DNA from: an uncultured virus (IMG/VR IMGVR_UViG_3300048547_000618)
Lineage: Duplodnaviria; Heunggongvirae; Uroviricota; Caudoviricetes
Length of the DNA stretch: 64,000 nt
Virus record (IMG/VR): IMGVR_UViG_3300048547_000618
Direction: 5' to 3' (one strand)
The position numbers and the translations under genes were made by a program. The notes below the pieces were generated by a model. That model searched no databases and was not told the DNA's origin. It saw only the letters and a program-made list of their open reading frames with translations. Shown here piece by piece: positions 8,234 to 17,930 of the stretch; the stretch's first letter is position 1; every line of letters starts with the position of its first letter.

Positions 8234-9127
8234 TCATTTGTTTATTTTATTACGTTTTTTGGTTTTTGTCAATGGTTTTTTATAGTTCTTAGAATTGCTT
8301 TGTTTATTTGCGGTTGGAGACGCTCCTAAAGATCCAAGAGCAGACATATTACCGTTAAACATATAAGAACCAACATGAGTCATTCTCATCCATGGACACA
8401 TCCAAACTCTTTTTTGTATTGCTCTTGCCTTTTGACAAAAGAAGTAATCCTCAGACAAATACCGCCGTGTTTTTGGATCAATTATACAATCAAAGAATGC
8501 TGTAATATCACGTTCTCCGTCAAAGTTTTCAGTTCTTGCGTGGTCTGGCTTATATGACAATTCAGGGTATGCAGCTCGGTAATCTTCAAATACTTTACGA
8601 GGTATTAACATAAATCCTGTACCTGCTTCACCAACTTCAAGTGGTGCATCCATTTTAAAACTAGTAACTCCACCTACTGGATTAAATACAAAGTCTCCAG
8701 TAAATTCGTTAAGCTCAAAAGGATTTTCATCGCCTTTACCTGCCTTTGCGGCCATATGAACTTTTTCCCACGCAATAGTCTTTTTAGGATAAGGTCCGGT
8801 CAAAATGTCATACTTATCAGGATCTGAATGATATATTGCCATAAGTGAAATAACATCTCTTGGATTGAAACCAATGTCGGAATCAATAAACATTAAATGC
8901 GTTGAGTCTGAGCGTAGGAATTCATCAACAATATAGTTACGAGCTCTTTGTACCAAACTTTCATTAAAAAGATAATAAAACTTAATTGGAATTTTATTAG
9001 CCGTACACAACATAGCAAGATCGTTACAAGCCTTTGTGAATAAGCCTGCGCATTGTCCACCATACATTGGTGTACCAACAAAGATTTTATATTGTTGTAA
9101 GTCTTCAATAGTTACGTTTAAATTCAT
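8234..9127 (-). CDS. GT-A-fold glycosyltransferase-like protein
   Basis: TPMYGG, NESLVQRARN, FIDSD (DxD), GTGFMLI and LSEDYFFC. Confidence 0.65.
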   Translation of the reverse strand: MNLNVTIEDLQQYKIFVGTPMYGGQCAGLFTKACNDLAMLCTANKIPIKFYYLFNESLVQRARNYIVDEFLRSDSTHLMFIDSDIGFNPRDVISLMAIYHSDPDKYDILTGPYPKKTIAWEKVHMAAKAGKGDENPFELNEFTGDFVFNPVGGVTSFKMDAPLEVGEAGTGFMLIPRKVFEDYRAAYPELSYKPDHARTENFDGERDITAFFDCIIDPKTRRYLSEDYFFCQKARAIQKRVWMCPWMRMTHVGSYMFNGNMSALGSLGASPTANKQSNSKNYKKPLTKTKKRNKINK

Positions 9128-9759
9128 GTTGTCACCTGTTCTAAATCTTCCTCAGCCCTACGAATTGCTTGCATGCGTAATACATCTGCTAAAATATCCC
9201 ACGAGCTGTCGTGAGCTTTAAACATCTGTTCCCAACGCTGTTCGTCAGCAAATGGAATAAACCCATTCTTTTGCTTAAAATCAAACTTTGCATCAATATA
9301 AGTACGTGTATCGCGGACTGCCCAATACTTTAAGTACTCTTCCATATGTAATAGTTTATCTTGTGATTGAAATAAACGACCAAGAATAATCGGGTCAAAT
9401 GTATTTGACCTAGACCACCATTTACTAATCTTTGGCGAGTCAATTAAAAAGTCATGAAATTGCTTGGTAAAATCAGCAACAGTTAAATCAGTTGGAAGTG
9501 GTTTAATGTTCCTACGAACTTCAGGTCCTAAGGATTCCCACCATGTAACTGTTCCTTTATCAATTTCCCATCCATAATTTTTAACTTGATCTACCACGGA
9601 TAGTTTAAATCGTTTTGTTTTTGATATATCTGCAAGAGTATATGGATCAGCTGAAATCATTTTATCCCAACTGAATACCATCACCGAACAGTCAATCACT
9701 GCGCACTTTTGAGCATCCTTGCCGAATGTCTCAAAATCTATAATAAAGTCGTGTTTCAA
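9124..9759 (-). CDS. DEDD 3'-5' exonuclease (DexA-like)
   Basis: IIDFETFG, FDPIIL, VRDTRTYI and HDSSWDILAD. Confidence 0.75.
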   Translation of the reverse strand: MKHDFIIDFETFGKDAQKCAVIDCSVMVFSWDKMISADPYTLADISKTKRFKLSVVDQVKNYGWEIDKGTVTWWESLGPEVRRNIKPLPTDLTVADFTKQFHDFLIDSPKISKWWSRSNTFDPIILGRLFQSQDKLLHMEEYLKYWAVRDTRTYIDAKFDFKQKNGFIPFADEQRWEQMFKAHDSSWDILADVLRMQAIRRAEEDLEQVTT

Positions 9760-10967
9760 GCCATGAACTCCTCAAGTGTTGCTTGGTTGTTTTTCCCACC
9801 CGGATCAGACCACATCCGTTCGTTATGGTTATCTTGACGATGGTAATTAGTATCTGACATCGTTAACTCGCCACGAATAAACTTACCGATTTCAGTATGA
9901 ATATCTCTTGATGTTGGAACAGGAACGTTTTGAGCAATATGATTCATTTTAGGTAATCCGCCAACAAGCTCAAAGTCATGAGGGAAACCCATAAGATATA
10001 AAGCTTCACGGATAGTTAAAGAACGGTCAAACTTTGGATGAATTGTGTCTGCAAGGTTACGGCCGATAACTGCGTTCATACATTCTCCAAAGACGTGAGT
10101 TGAACTGTCCCAAATACCTTTGCCCATTGCAAACTTTTTAACAGCATGGTCTGATACTTTGATACCGCGTTCGTTATTTGTATCATGCATCCATTTATTA
10201 CAAGCAGGCAATTTACCACTTTTATTAATATAGTTAAATGCCGTAATCTGTCCGCTTTCCATAATTACCTTACGAGGATCTTCGTTTGTAAGTGACTTGA
10301 TGTATTGATAGTAAGGTTCTTCATCAAGTTTTTTGTTACACAAAATATCCATTTGTTGAATATCGTCTGTTAAATCCGAAAGATATTCGTGAAACTTTTT
10401 ACGAGGCCGTTTGTACCAATTCATAATAGGAGCGGTTTCTGAATTCCAACCAATGGCAAAACAACGATCTCTAGCTTGTGGGATACCATGATATTTTGTA
10501 GATGTTTTATATAGAGTTAAACTATACCCTGCTTTTGAGCAAATGTCAAACAAATTATCAGCTACTTCTTTACCTTTTTTAGTAAACAGTGCAGGAGCGT
10601 TTTCAACAACAATAGCTTTAGCTGAAAATCGGTTAATGCCTTCTTTAAAGACTTCGTACATCCATTCGTTCTTTTCGCATTTTGCACCTTTTGCCGCTTC
10701 GGTTTTACCAGTGTTAAGTTGTGATAATGCCGCACAAGGTGGTGTGCCTGAAATAACACTTATATGTCGACTTGAACTTTCAGGTATCATTTTATATTGT
10801 ACGTCACGCCCTTTGACGTTTTGCTGATAGTTAACATAATGACTATCGTTTCCTTCAAAGTCCGCGTATGAATAGATAGCTTCAGGTGGTTTTCCAAAAG
10901 CTTTTTCTGCTCCTAGCATTTGTCCACCGATTAGTGGAATAATTGGGGCCCATGTAATTTCGCTCAT
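9756..10967 (-). CDS. C5-cytosine DNA methyltransferase-like protein
   Basis: Motif IV GTPPC, VI ENAP, VIII QARDR, IX RSLTIRE..LMGFP; motif I atypical (PLIGG); start placed after the AGAGGA RBS. Confidence 0.8.
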   Translation of the reverse strand: MSEITWAPIIPLIGGQMLGAEKAFGKPPEAIYSYADFEGNDSHYVNYQQNVKGRDVQYKMIPESSSRHISVISGTPPCAALSQLNTGKTEAAKGAKCEKNEWMYEVFKEGINRFSAKAIVVENAPALFTKKGKEVADNLFDICSKAGYSLTLYKTSTKYHGIPQARDRCFAIGWNSETAPIMNWYKRPRKKFHEYLSDLTDDIQQMDILCNKKLDEEPYYQYIKSLTNEDPRKVIMESGQITAFNYINKSGKLPACNKWMHDTNNERGIKVSDHAVKKFAMGKGIWDSSTHVFGECMNAVIGRNLADTIHPKFDRSLTIREALYLMGFPHDFELVGGLPKMNHIAQNVPVPTSRDIHTEIGKFIRGELTMSDTNYHRQDNHNERMWSDPGGKNNQATLEEFMA

Positions 10968-10977
10968 TTTATATCCT

Positions 10978-12222
10978 CTATGCAAAAAAGTCTTCAAGTG
11001 TCGCAGCTTTTTTCTTTGTAAACTGCAACATGTCAGGTCTTTTATAATTTTCGTCAGCAGCTTTCATAATATTGTCATTAATAAAGCTACCATCATAATA
11101 TTCTGGTTTAAGAATTGCTTTACGCAATCCATTGAGAACCGTTTCGTATTCTGTTGGGTTGTCAATTAGTCTTTGCATATTTGTATAAAATTCTTCAGGC
11201 GTTTTAGGTCTAAGAAAGTTAGGAATAGGCAAATGACCTTGGTCGTCATAAGTTGGATGAAGGAAAGGAATAACACCAGCGTGAATCATTTCAATATATT
11301 TTGATGTGGTCCAACCTTCTTTAATTGGAATGATAAATGTAAACTTAACATCCTGTAGTTTATCTTGGATCTCATTGATATGTAATGATCCTTTAAACCT
11401 TTCGTCGCTTTCAGCACGTTCGTCGAGCCACTTACCGTATATATCAACGTTATCAAATTTATCAAGTACCCAGCTTTTAAGTAAGTTATAGCGTGACGGT
11501 TTGCCTTCATTAAGTACAACCATAAAGTCTGTGTTACGATCCGTGTTTACTTGTTCAGTGTATTCATAATCGCCGCAAAAAGCAGTTTCCATTCCTGCAT
11601 ATTCAGAATGAACAACCCGTACTAATCTTTCTTGGTTTTCGTAATCAGTAATAGAAAATGTTTCATAATCATAATCGTATTGTCCAAGAGAACGGAAAGG
11701 CATATGAAATACATCACGTGGTTGTTTGATAACATATCGTGGATCGTTAACAATTTCTATCCATCGTGGCTTACTTTCGTTTAGCCATTTGGTAATAGGA
11801 GTTGTGTACCACTTAGTCATATCAAGAGTTGCAGCAGGTTTGCCGTCTTGTTGACTTTCACGTACTTTCCAAATTTTATCTGGGATTGTAACATTACTAA
11901 TTTGCCCAATCATCATAACAGAAAAGTCAAGCTCAATGTCTTTAAAATAATTAATAATATGATTATAATATGTTTCTGACATTGCCAAAGGAACGCCGTG
12001 CCAACAGTCAATTACATTATCATATGGGAACAAATCTAAACGTTCAGTATCAGACAATGCACCAAAGTCAGAACGACCAATTAGGTAAAACGTTTTGTCT
12101 GGGTTGTTGTTTGCCATTGCTCGTATAGTGCAAGACGCTTCATTATCTCCACCAATGGGAGAGTACTTGTTAGTTTTAAATTTAATAGATTTACCAATCT
12201 TTGCGAAACCAATGTTTTTCAT
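10978..12222 (-). CDS. Putative GT-B glycosyltransferase (candidate DNA glycosyltransferase)
   Basis: C-terminal VDIYGKW...TSKYIEMIHAGVIPF pattern like phage DNA glucosyltransferases; gene context. Confidence 0.55.
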   Translation of the reverse strand: MKNIGFAKIGKSIKFKTNKYSPIGGDNEASCTIRAMANNNPDKTFYLIGRSDFGALSDTERLDLFPYDNVIDCWHGVPLAMSETYYNHIINYFKDIELDFSVMMIGQISNVTIPDKIWKVRESQQDGKPAATLDMTKWYTTPITKWLNESKPRWIEIVNDPRYVIKQPRDVFHMPFRSLGQYDYDYETFSITDYENQERLVRVVHSEYAGMETAFCGDYEYTEQVNTDRNTDFMVVLNEGKPSRYNLLKSWVLDKFDNVDIYGKWLDERAESDERFKGSLHINEIQDKLQDVKFTFIIPIKEGWTTSKYIEMIHAGVIPFLHPTYDDQGHLPIPNFLRPKTPEEFYTNMQRLIDNPTEYETVLNGLRKAILKPEYYDGSFINDNIMKAADENYKRPDMLQFTKKKAATLEDFFA

Positions 12223-12224
12223 AA

Positions 12225-12584
12225 TCACTTCCATTCCATCATCTTAACGAACTCTTCAGGAGTCATTGCTTTATCATCAATGTAATAAACACCGTGTGGT
12301 TTACCCCACACAATTTCATCATAAGGTACTTCGTACTTATCCAACCAGTCTGTGGTTATTTTTCCGACGTCATTAATGATTTTATTTATGTCACCATCGT
12401 GAGTAAGCATTCGTCGCGCGGTATGAAGTACAATGCGATATCCGTTTTTCTTTGCTTTTTGTAAACTTGCAATCATTGGGCGATTAGGATTTGCCATTCC
12501 GTACTTAACTTCAGATTCAGATCTGCCATGCAACGGAGTACAAATCGTGTCATCAATATCAACTACTAAGGTTTGCGTATTCAT
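12225..12584 (-). CDS. HAD-family (capsule-biosynthesis-type) phosphatase
   Basis: VVDIDDTIC, HTAR, GKP and YIDDKA. Confidence 0.85.
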   Translation of the reverse strand: MNTQTLVVDIDDTICTPLHGRSESEVKYGMANPNRPMIASLQKAKKNGYRIVLHTARRMLTHDGDINKIINDVGKITTDWLDKYEVPYDEIVWGKPHGVYYIDDKAMTPEEFVKMMEWK

Positions 12585-14034
12585 TAATATAATCTCTCAT
12601 TCTTTGTTGGCGTTCTTCACAGTCGTAATGTAATGGCAAACAAGTTGCAATTAACAAAGCGCCGCCGTCAATAATATCATCATATGCGTCAGGGTAATAT
12701 TTAAGTACCAATCGGCCAAAGGTTTCACGTACTGTCTGAGGGTATTTATGCCCGGAAACTAATTCATTATATCCATGGAAAAGGTCGTGTGACAATTTGC
12801 ACATATCATACATCCAATCTCCGCCGCAACCAACATGATCTCCATAAGAGCCACGCGGATCTAACAAGGTAATGCTATCGTTATATGGATTATAAAGAAT
12901 ATTACCGAAATGCAAATCACCGTGCATACCTGAAACTGGGCGAGCTCTACTAAGACAGCGCTCTGCAACATCAAGATAATAATCATCAGCGCCACGATTT
13001 TTGGTTTTATCAATCCACATTTTTTCAGCGTTATCCCAAAAGTCTGCGACAAATTCAAGTGTTGCTTTTTTATGGAAGTACTTGTTCATTATAATGAATA
13101 CCTTTTCAATTAAGTATTCAATAGTAGACGGGCTTAGATCCTCATGCATAAACAAATCAGATAGCAAAATACCAGACTCATATGACATTGTTAGTGCATA
13201 TGGATCTGGCAAAATTTTAGGAACAAACATATTTTGCAGTGGGCTCAGATTTTCATACCAATTCTTTTCATTCATAATAGTCTTAACGGCAAATTTATTA
13301 TCAGACTGCGGCCATTTAGTAATCATATTAAGATCTGAATTGTATTCAAACGAATTAAATTCACGAGCTTTGAATGTTAGTAGAGTTGCGCAAGTTTTGT
13401 GATATGAAGATATGTCGCCGATGTCATACCATTTTTCCGTGTTGATATTATTAAATGAAGCGTGTTCTTCATATAACTCCAAAGCATCTGATATGTCATA
13501 ACCTTTTGAGTAGTGAAAAGCGTGATATGCTTCGTATCCTCTACTGAAACTGTATAGACCTACTAGAGCTGAAGCTTGTTCAATATTTTCTTTTGGTTTA
13601 TTAAAGTATTTTTTACCATCCCACATACACCAAGCAAAGTGATCTTCAACTTCTTTGGTTAATAAAAAGTCAGTGCCTAAAGGTAGTTCTTCTTCAAGAA
13701 TAATTGCATCCCCTAGCCATACAACTAAAGGATACGTAGGATTTTCTAAACTGTTAATACCAACATCAATAGCATCACGAGGACCGTTAAGAGATCCTTG
13801 TTTTACACATTTAATATTATTATATTTTGATTTTGCAACCCACTCACGAATATCGTCATGCTTGCCATCAACTATAATGATTTGATTAACTACAGCGCCG
13901 TTATTATGAACTGACTCAATAATATATTCAATAGTAGGTTTACCGTGTACGCGTATCATTGCCTTCGAGCAATTTGCAGTTAATGGCTTTAATCTTGTTG
14001 CCTCACCTGCTGCCGGTATTACTACATTTATCAT
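12559..14034 (-). CDS. Nucleotidyltransferase fused to a kinase (APH/choline-kinase-like) domain
   Basis: N-terminal IPAAGEATRL..K and WYDIG; C-terminal HGDLHFGNIL and LLDPRG. Confidence 0.85.
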   Translation of the reverse strand: MINVVIPAAGEATRLKPLTANCSKAMIRVHGKPTIEYIIESVHNNGAVVNQIIIVDGKHDDIREWVAKSKYNNIKCVKQGSLNGPRDAIDVGINSLENPTYPLVVWLGDAIILEEELPLGTDFLLTKEVEDHFAWCMWDGKKYFNKPKENIEQASALVGLYSFSRGYEAYHAFHYSKGYDISDALELYEEHASFNNINTEKWYDIGDISSYHKTCATLLTFKAREFNSFEYNSDLNMITKWPQSDNKFAVKTIMNEKNWYENLSPLQNMFVPKILPDPYALTMSYESGILLSDLFMHEDLSPSTIEYLIEKVFIIMNKYFHKKATLEFVADFWDNAEKMWIDKTKNRGADDYYLDVAERCLSRARPVSGMHGDLHFGNILYNPYNDSITLLDPRGSYGDHVGCGGDWMYDMCKLSHDLFHGYNELVSGHKYPQTVRETFGRLVLKYYPDAYDDIIDGGALLIATCLPLHYDCEERQQRMRDYINEYANLSS

Positions 14035-14665
14035 AATTTAATCTCCACTCGTCATATTCATCTTCAAGCATTGCCCAACGCATTTTAGTTAATCCTTGCG
14101 GATACTTTTTGTTCCAAATGAACCAAGCATATGCAATCATGCCGCCGATCTGATCTTTCTTTTCAATTGGTTCTACAATATTAGAATCAAATCTAACTCG
14201 ATCTGATAAAAATATTATATCACTAGGCGGGTAGTTTGTAAATAGTTTATTTCGTTTTTTTCCTTCAAAGAAAGTTAGTCTTAAAAACATTGCGACGTAA
14301 TCATATTCTTTTATCCATTTTTCCGCCATCTTCCGCGGCAAGTCTTTATGATATGGGGGATTGGTAACTACACCATCAAAGCCATCAAGCTTTTGTAATT
14401 CCATAGCATCAACTGTAGTTTTAATAGGTACTAATTTATCACTATAATCATTTAAGTCATACGATATAACATTATGACCGTTACGAACTAATTCTCTTGT
14501 TATGTTACCTCGACCGGCACAAGGTTCAATTAAATTTTGTGGAGGATTACCATACTTGCACAATACATATGTGGCAAGAGGCGGAGTTGGATAAAAGTCA
14601 TTCTTTTTACGATTAGGATCGTTTTTCTTAACGCCAACATATATATCAGTTAAATTATTAGCCAA
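14003..14665 (-). CDS. DNA amino (N6-adenine/N4-cytosine) methyltransferase
   Basis: DFYPTPP, EPCAGRG and TNPPY. Confidence 0.85.
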   Translation of the reverse strand: MANNLTDIYVGVKKNDPNRKKNDFYPTPPLATYVLCKYGNPPQNLIEPCAGRGNITRELVRNGHNVISYDLNDYSDKLVPIKTTVDAMELQKLDGFDGVVTNPPYHKDLPRKMAEKWIKEYDYVAMFLRLTFFEGKKRNKLFTNYPPSDIIFLSDRVRFDSNIVEPIEKKDQIGGMIAYAWFIWNKKYPQGLTKMRWAMLEDEYDEWRLNYDKCSNTGSR

Positions 14666-15167
14666 GCTGTGTTACCAATACGCCTGCCTCTTTAAACATA
14701 GGTCCTGATTTGCTATTCCATAGCTCAACCCATTTTTCTGGAGTATTCATTACGAATTTGTTAATAACAATTCTACGAATGCCTGCTTGAATAATAAGCT
14801 TAGTACAGTCAGGACACACGGGTAATCCATGAACGTACATTGTTGCATTTTTTAAAGAAACACCAGCATAAAGCGCATTCATCAACGCGTTTGTTTCAGC
14901 GTGAACAATAAGCGGATATTTTTGTTCTCTATCGTTTAGTCTTTCTTGACTATCTTCAATGCCTTTTGGGAAACCGTTATATCCAGTCGCAAGTATGCGG
15001 CGTTCATCGTTTACTGCCACTGCACCAATTTTACTCGAAGGATCTTTGCTCCATCCTGAAATTGTTTTAGCCAATTCCATAAAGCGGTTATCCCATTTTA
15101 ATTCACGGGTGTCTTCTTCTAAATTGCGCCTACGCATGTATGCCTCGTAAGGCTCACGTTCTTCCAT
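14658..15167 (-). CDS. cd: dCMP deaminase
   Basis: SKDPSSKIGA, TGYNG, HAETNA and VCPDC. Confidence 0.92.
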   Translation of the reverse strand: MEEREPYEAYMRRRNLEEDTRELKWDNRFMELAKTISGWSKDPSSKIGAVAVNDERRILATGYNGFPKGIEDSQERLNDREQKYPLIVHAETNALMNALYAGVSLKNATMYVHGLPVCPDCTKLIIQAGIRRIVINKFVMNTPEKWVELWNSKSGPMFKEAGVLVTQLG

Positions 15168-15185
15168 AATATAATCTTTCAGTTT

Positions 15186-15467
15186 TTAATCGGTTACTTC
15201 TACAACAGATATAACTCTTGTTGCCGGTATTCCATCGACATGCCATACATTTAATTCGCAATCCCATACACCAACTCTGTAATCTGCAGTTGCCGGGGGA
15301 TTAGGTAAACGATGGCGTTTATCTTCTGGAATTAATTCTGGCTTTAATGTAACTTCACACGACCTTGTTGTGCTAGGTGTGTTTGCATTAGTCTTAGAAC
15401 TTTTATTCCAAGTTACAAGAAATTTACCTTCTTTTAGCCTAGTTTTCAGTCTTGGTTTTGTCCACAT
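15186..15467 (-). CDS. Hypothetical protein (Sm/SH3-like WYL_2-type fold possible)
   Basis: FLVTWNK...TLKPELIP...VWDCELNVW pattern. Confidence 0.45.
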   Translation of the reverse strand: MWTKPRLKTRLKEGKFLVTWNKSSKTNANTPSTTRSCEVTLKPELIPEDKRHRLPNPPATADYRVGVWDCELNVWHVDGIPATRVISVVEVTD

Positions 15468-15690
15468 TATTGTTTCCTAACATAATAGTTTTGTCCTCCA
15501 TCTGTTCTTTAAAATCAACAACCTTTTCTTTTTCAATCATGTCAATAATTAATGTTGTGATATCAAGATCCTTTTTGAGGAAGAACATTTTGTTTTGTAT
15601 TTTTTCAAGTTGCTTCTGATAATATTCAATTTCTTTTTCTTTACGAAGCCGCGTCTCAATAATATCAGAAATAAGAATTAGTTTACTCAT
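15439..15690 (-). CDS. Hypothetical coiled-coil protein
   Basis: 83-aa ORF in operon. Confidence 0.65.
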   Translation of the reverse strand: MSKLILISDIIETRLRKEKEIEYYQKQLEKIQNKMFFLKKDLDITTLIIDMIEKEKVVDFKEQMEDKTIMLGNNNVDKTKTEN

Positions 15691-15695
15691 GTTAT

Positions 15696-16394
15696 TTATA
15701 CAACCAAGTCAAAGTGGCGCTCATACACGTGCAAATTCATAGCTTGCCATGTAAGCATACCTTTATCAATAGTAAAGTGCTTATTGCCAGGAAGTTTACA
15801 TTGTTGGTTCCATTGAGCAACAAACTTATCCATAAGATATTGAGCCCAAGCATAGTCGTTTTTATAGCCAAAGATTGCGTCGTTAGAACGCATTTGTGAC
15901 ACCATCATCAGAATGCCATCGCGGATATAAAACGTTTGTGCATTAGTACAAATAAAGTCAGACTTACCACCTTCGTCAAACTCAACCCAAATAGATGGAC
16001 GATTGTAAATCATTTGAGCACGACGGCTATCAGGGTTACTCCATAGTTCATCAAAAGCATTTTGGAATTGGTTATGATATTTTTTAGAGAATACTAAATG
16101 ACCATAATTGGAATTAATATTACCGTGTGGATCTGCTGAATATTGCCATGCGGCAGGAGCAGGTTTGGATGGTCCATAGATATCATTAATGTTTGTTGAT
16201 TGCGACTCATACCAAGCAAGCTCAGAGTTAATATAAGCTTGACTTGGTTCACCAAAGATTGCAGGTTCTGTTGCAAGAAAGTTTGCGCCAATTAATTCAA
16301 TAGTCCGTTGGCCTGTCTTATCAATTGTAAATGCTTCGTCGGCTAGCTCGCCTTTAAAGAACTCACGAATGTCATGTACACTATCAATTCTCAT
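15696..16394 (-). CDS. gp42: dCMP hydroxymethylase-like thymidylate synthase homolog (T4 gp42-type)
   Basis: DKTG..TIE, INSNYG, NPDSRR, DFICTN, MRSND.IFG.KNDYAW (dCMP-specifying Asp) and LHVYERHF. Confidence 0.88.
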   Translation of the reverse strand: MRIDSVHDIREFFKGELADEAFTIDKTGQRTIELIGANFLATEPAIFGEPSQAYINSELAWYESQSTNINDIYGPSKPAPAAWQYSADPHGNINSNYGHLVFSKKYHNQFQNAFDELWSNPDSRRAQMIYNRPSIWVEFDEGGKSDFICTNAQTFYIRDGILMMVSQMRSNDAIFGYKNDYAWAQYLMDKFVAQWNQQCKLPGNKHFTIDKGMLTWQAMNLHVYERHFDLVV

Positions 16395-16938
16395 TACGAA
16401 CTCCATCTAAAAAATTTACAACGGTATCATATGTGTTACCCACTCCACCGTTCTTTGTTATATTTATGCTTAGTTTATGTTTACAGCTTGACTCGTTGAA
16501 CGCAGTCAAAAACGCGTTACGACTATATAAGAAATCTTCTTTACTTTGTTCAAGGCTATCGCCATCATCACGAGACATAATACCGTCAGTAGTATCAGTC
16601 AACAAAATTAGAGCGGCATTTTTATATCCGCTAAGAAACCTTCGATCTAATTCATAAATGTCTTTACCGTCTGCAGCACGATACTTTTCGCCATAGACGA
16701 TTGCACCGAGATGGAAACGGTCAAAGATAATATCATAATTCATTTGATTTACAAGTCGTTTAGATGCAATGAACAAAGACTCATAATGTTCTTTTTCCCA
16801 ACCATTAGGATCTTCAAAGTCAGGAGGAGAAGATGAATGGTGAGCCATTATGTTTGGATTTTTAAAATATTTTTTACGTAGGTTTTGTACCAATGTGGAT
16901 TTACCACAGCGATCCATACCTTCAATGATTAATAGCAT
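16384..16938 (-). CDS. Thymidylate-kinase-like dNMP kinase
   Basis: IEGMDRCGKST P-loop; FDRFHLG. Confidence 0.85.
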   Translation of the reverse strand: MLLIIEGMDRCGKSTLVQNLRKKYFKNPNIMAHHSSSPPDFEDPNGWEKEHYESLFIASKRLVNQMNYDIIFDRFHLGAIVYGEKYRAADGKDIYELDRRFLSGYKNAALILLTDTTDGIMSRDDGDSLEQSKEDFLYSRNAFLTAFNESSCKHKLSINITKNGGVGNTYDTVVNFLDGVRNEN

Positions 16939-17462
16939 TCTCTCTGGCCTCTCCCTTTAATTTCACGATTAAGTAATGGCTGATAATTATTAATAGTTGC
17001 AGTTTCAATGAGTTCTGCCATACCTTCAATATCAAACTTATCAGTATTAATATATTTTATCACAATATCCATAGAATGTAAATTATTTTCTTTTAAAAAC
17101 TCGCGATATTTACGTCCTGAAGATTCGTGTCTTTCGTGTGGTGTTGTAAAGCTACGCGAGTGGGCATATTGCCGTTTGTGAATACTCGTTGAAGGCGCGT
17201 CTGTTTTACCAACATACATAATCTGATCTCCGTGATACCAAATGTATACGCCTTTGGCACTATTTGCATCAATAGATCTACCGCTCCTTTTAGGAGCAAC
17301 AATATGATTAACTTGATAACGATCTTCGTCGTAATATCCGCTACCTAAATCTCTGAGTTCAATAATACTATAAGTTTCAGCCTCAGTCCAATAGGAATCA
17401 ATTTTGTCGAAGACTTCAGTGCGAAGTAAAGATGCGAGATTTTTAATAGCAGATTTACACAT
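16929..17462 (-). CDS. GIY-YIG endonuclease (EndoII/DenA-like architecture)
   Basis: GVY..YVGKT, conserved R, E..INNYQPLLN; single domain. Confidence 0.7.
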   Translation of the reverse strand: MCKSAIKNLASLLRTEVFDKIDSYWTEAETYSIIELRDLGSGYYDEDRYQVNHIVAPKRSGRSIDANSAKGVYIWYHGDQIMYVGKTDAPSTSIHKRQYAHSRSFTTPHERHESSGRKYREFLKENNLHSMDIVIKYINTDKFDIEGMAELIETATINNYQPLLNREIKGRGQRECY

Positions 17463-17620
17463 TATGCAATACCTTTATCCTGCAAATTGATTTTCTTAGC
17501 ACCACGATTGTAGGCTCCCGCCTTGCCGCGGAATGTTTTGAAACGTTTCTTTGACGGTTCACACTTTGTAATGGAACCGCCTTCAGAGACAAACTTTTTT
17601 ACAAGATCTTTATAATCCAT
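17462..17620 (-). CDS. Small basic hypothetical protein (52 aa, not in ORF track)
   Basis: MDYKDLVKKFVSEGGSITKCEPSKKRFKTFRGK...; overlaps neighbours by 1 nt at both ends. Confidence 0.6.
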   Translation of the reverse strand: MDYKDLVKKFVSEGGSITKCEPSKKRFKTFRGKAGAYNRGAKKINLQDKGIA

Positions 17621-17901
17621 TATGAATAATCCCGGATGTAAACGTCATAATGAGTAGCGTTTTCCCAAGGCGTATCTTTTGCCCACTGAGACGGACGAGG
17701 ACCACGAGGACGAATACGAAGTCCTTGTGTTTTTTGTTTCCCATAAAAACTCATCATACCCGTTTGTTTGCGGGCACGTTTAATGAAGCTGTTGCGGTTA
17801 ACAAGTATTTCTTTAAGATTTGCAATCTCAGGATCATCAAGAGATTTACAAGTAAAACGATAGTCTGATGATGAGCGATTTTTGTAAGTTACATAAGCCA
17901 T
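17620..17901 (-). CDS. Early hypothetical protein
   Basis: Start MAYVTY after AAGGA, directly downstream of a promoter. Confidence 0.65.
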   Translation of the reverse strand: MAYVTYKNRSSSDYRFTCKSLDDPEIANLKEILVNRNSFIKRARKQTGMMSFYGKQKTQGLRIRPRGPRPSQWAKDTPWENATHYDVYIRDYS

Positions 17902-17930
17902 GATATAGTTCCTTTTCATTTGATATATAC

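Noticed and set aside
15696..16394. Ordinary thymidylate synthase (ThyA)
   Set aside because: It has Asp at the nucleotide-specificity position and gp42-like N-terminal motifs, so a dCMP-modifying enzyme fits better.
16929..17462. Intron-encoded or mobile homing endonuclease
   Set aside because: It does not interrupt a gene and lacks an obvious C-terminal DNA-binding extension; no intron is evident.
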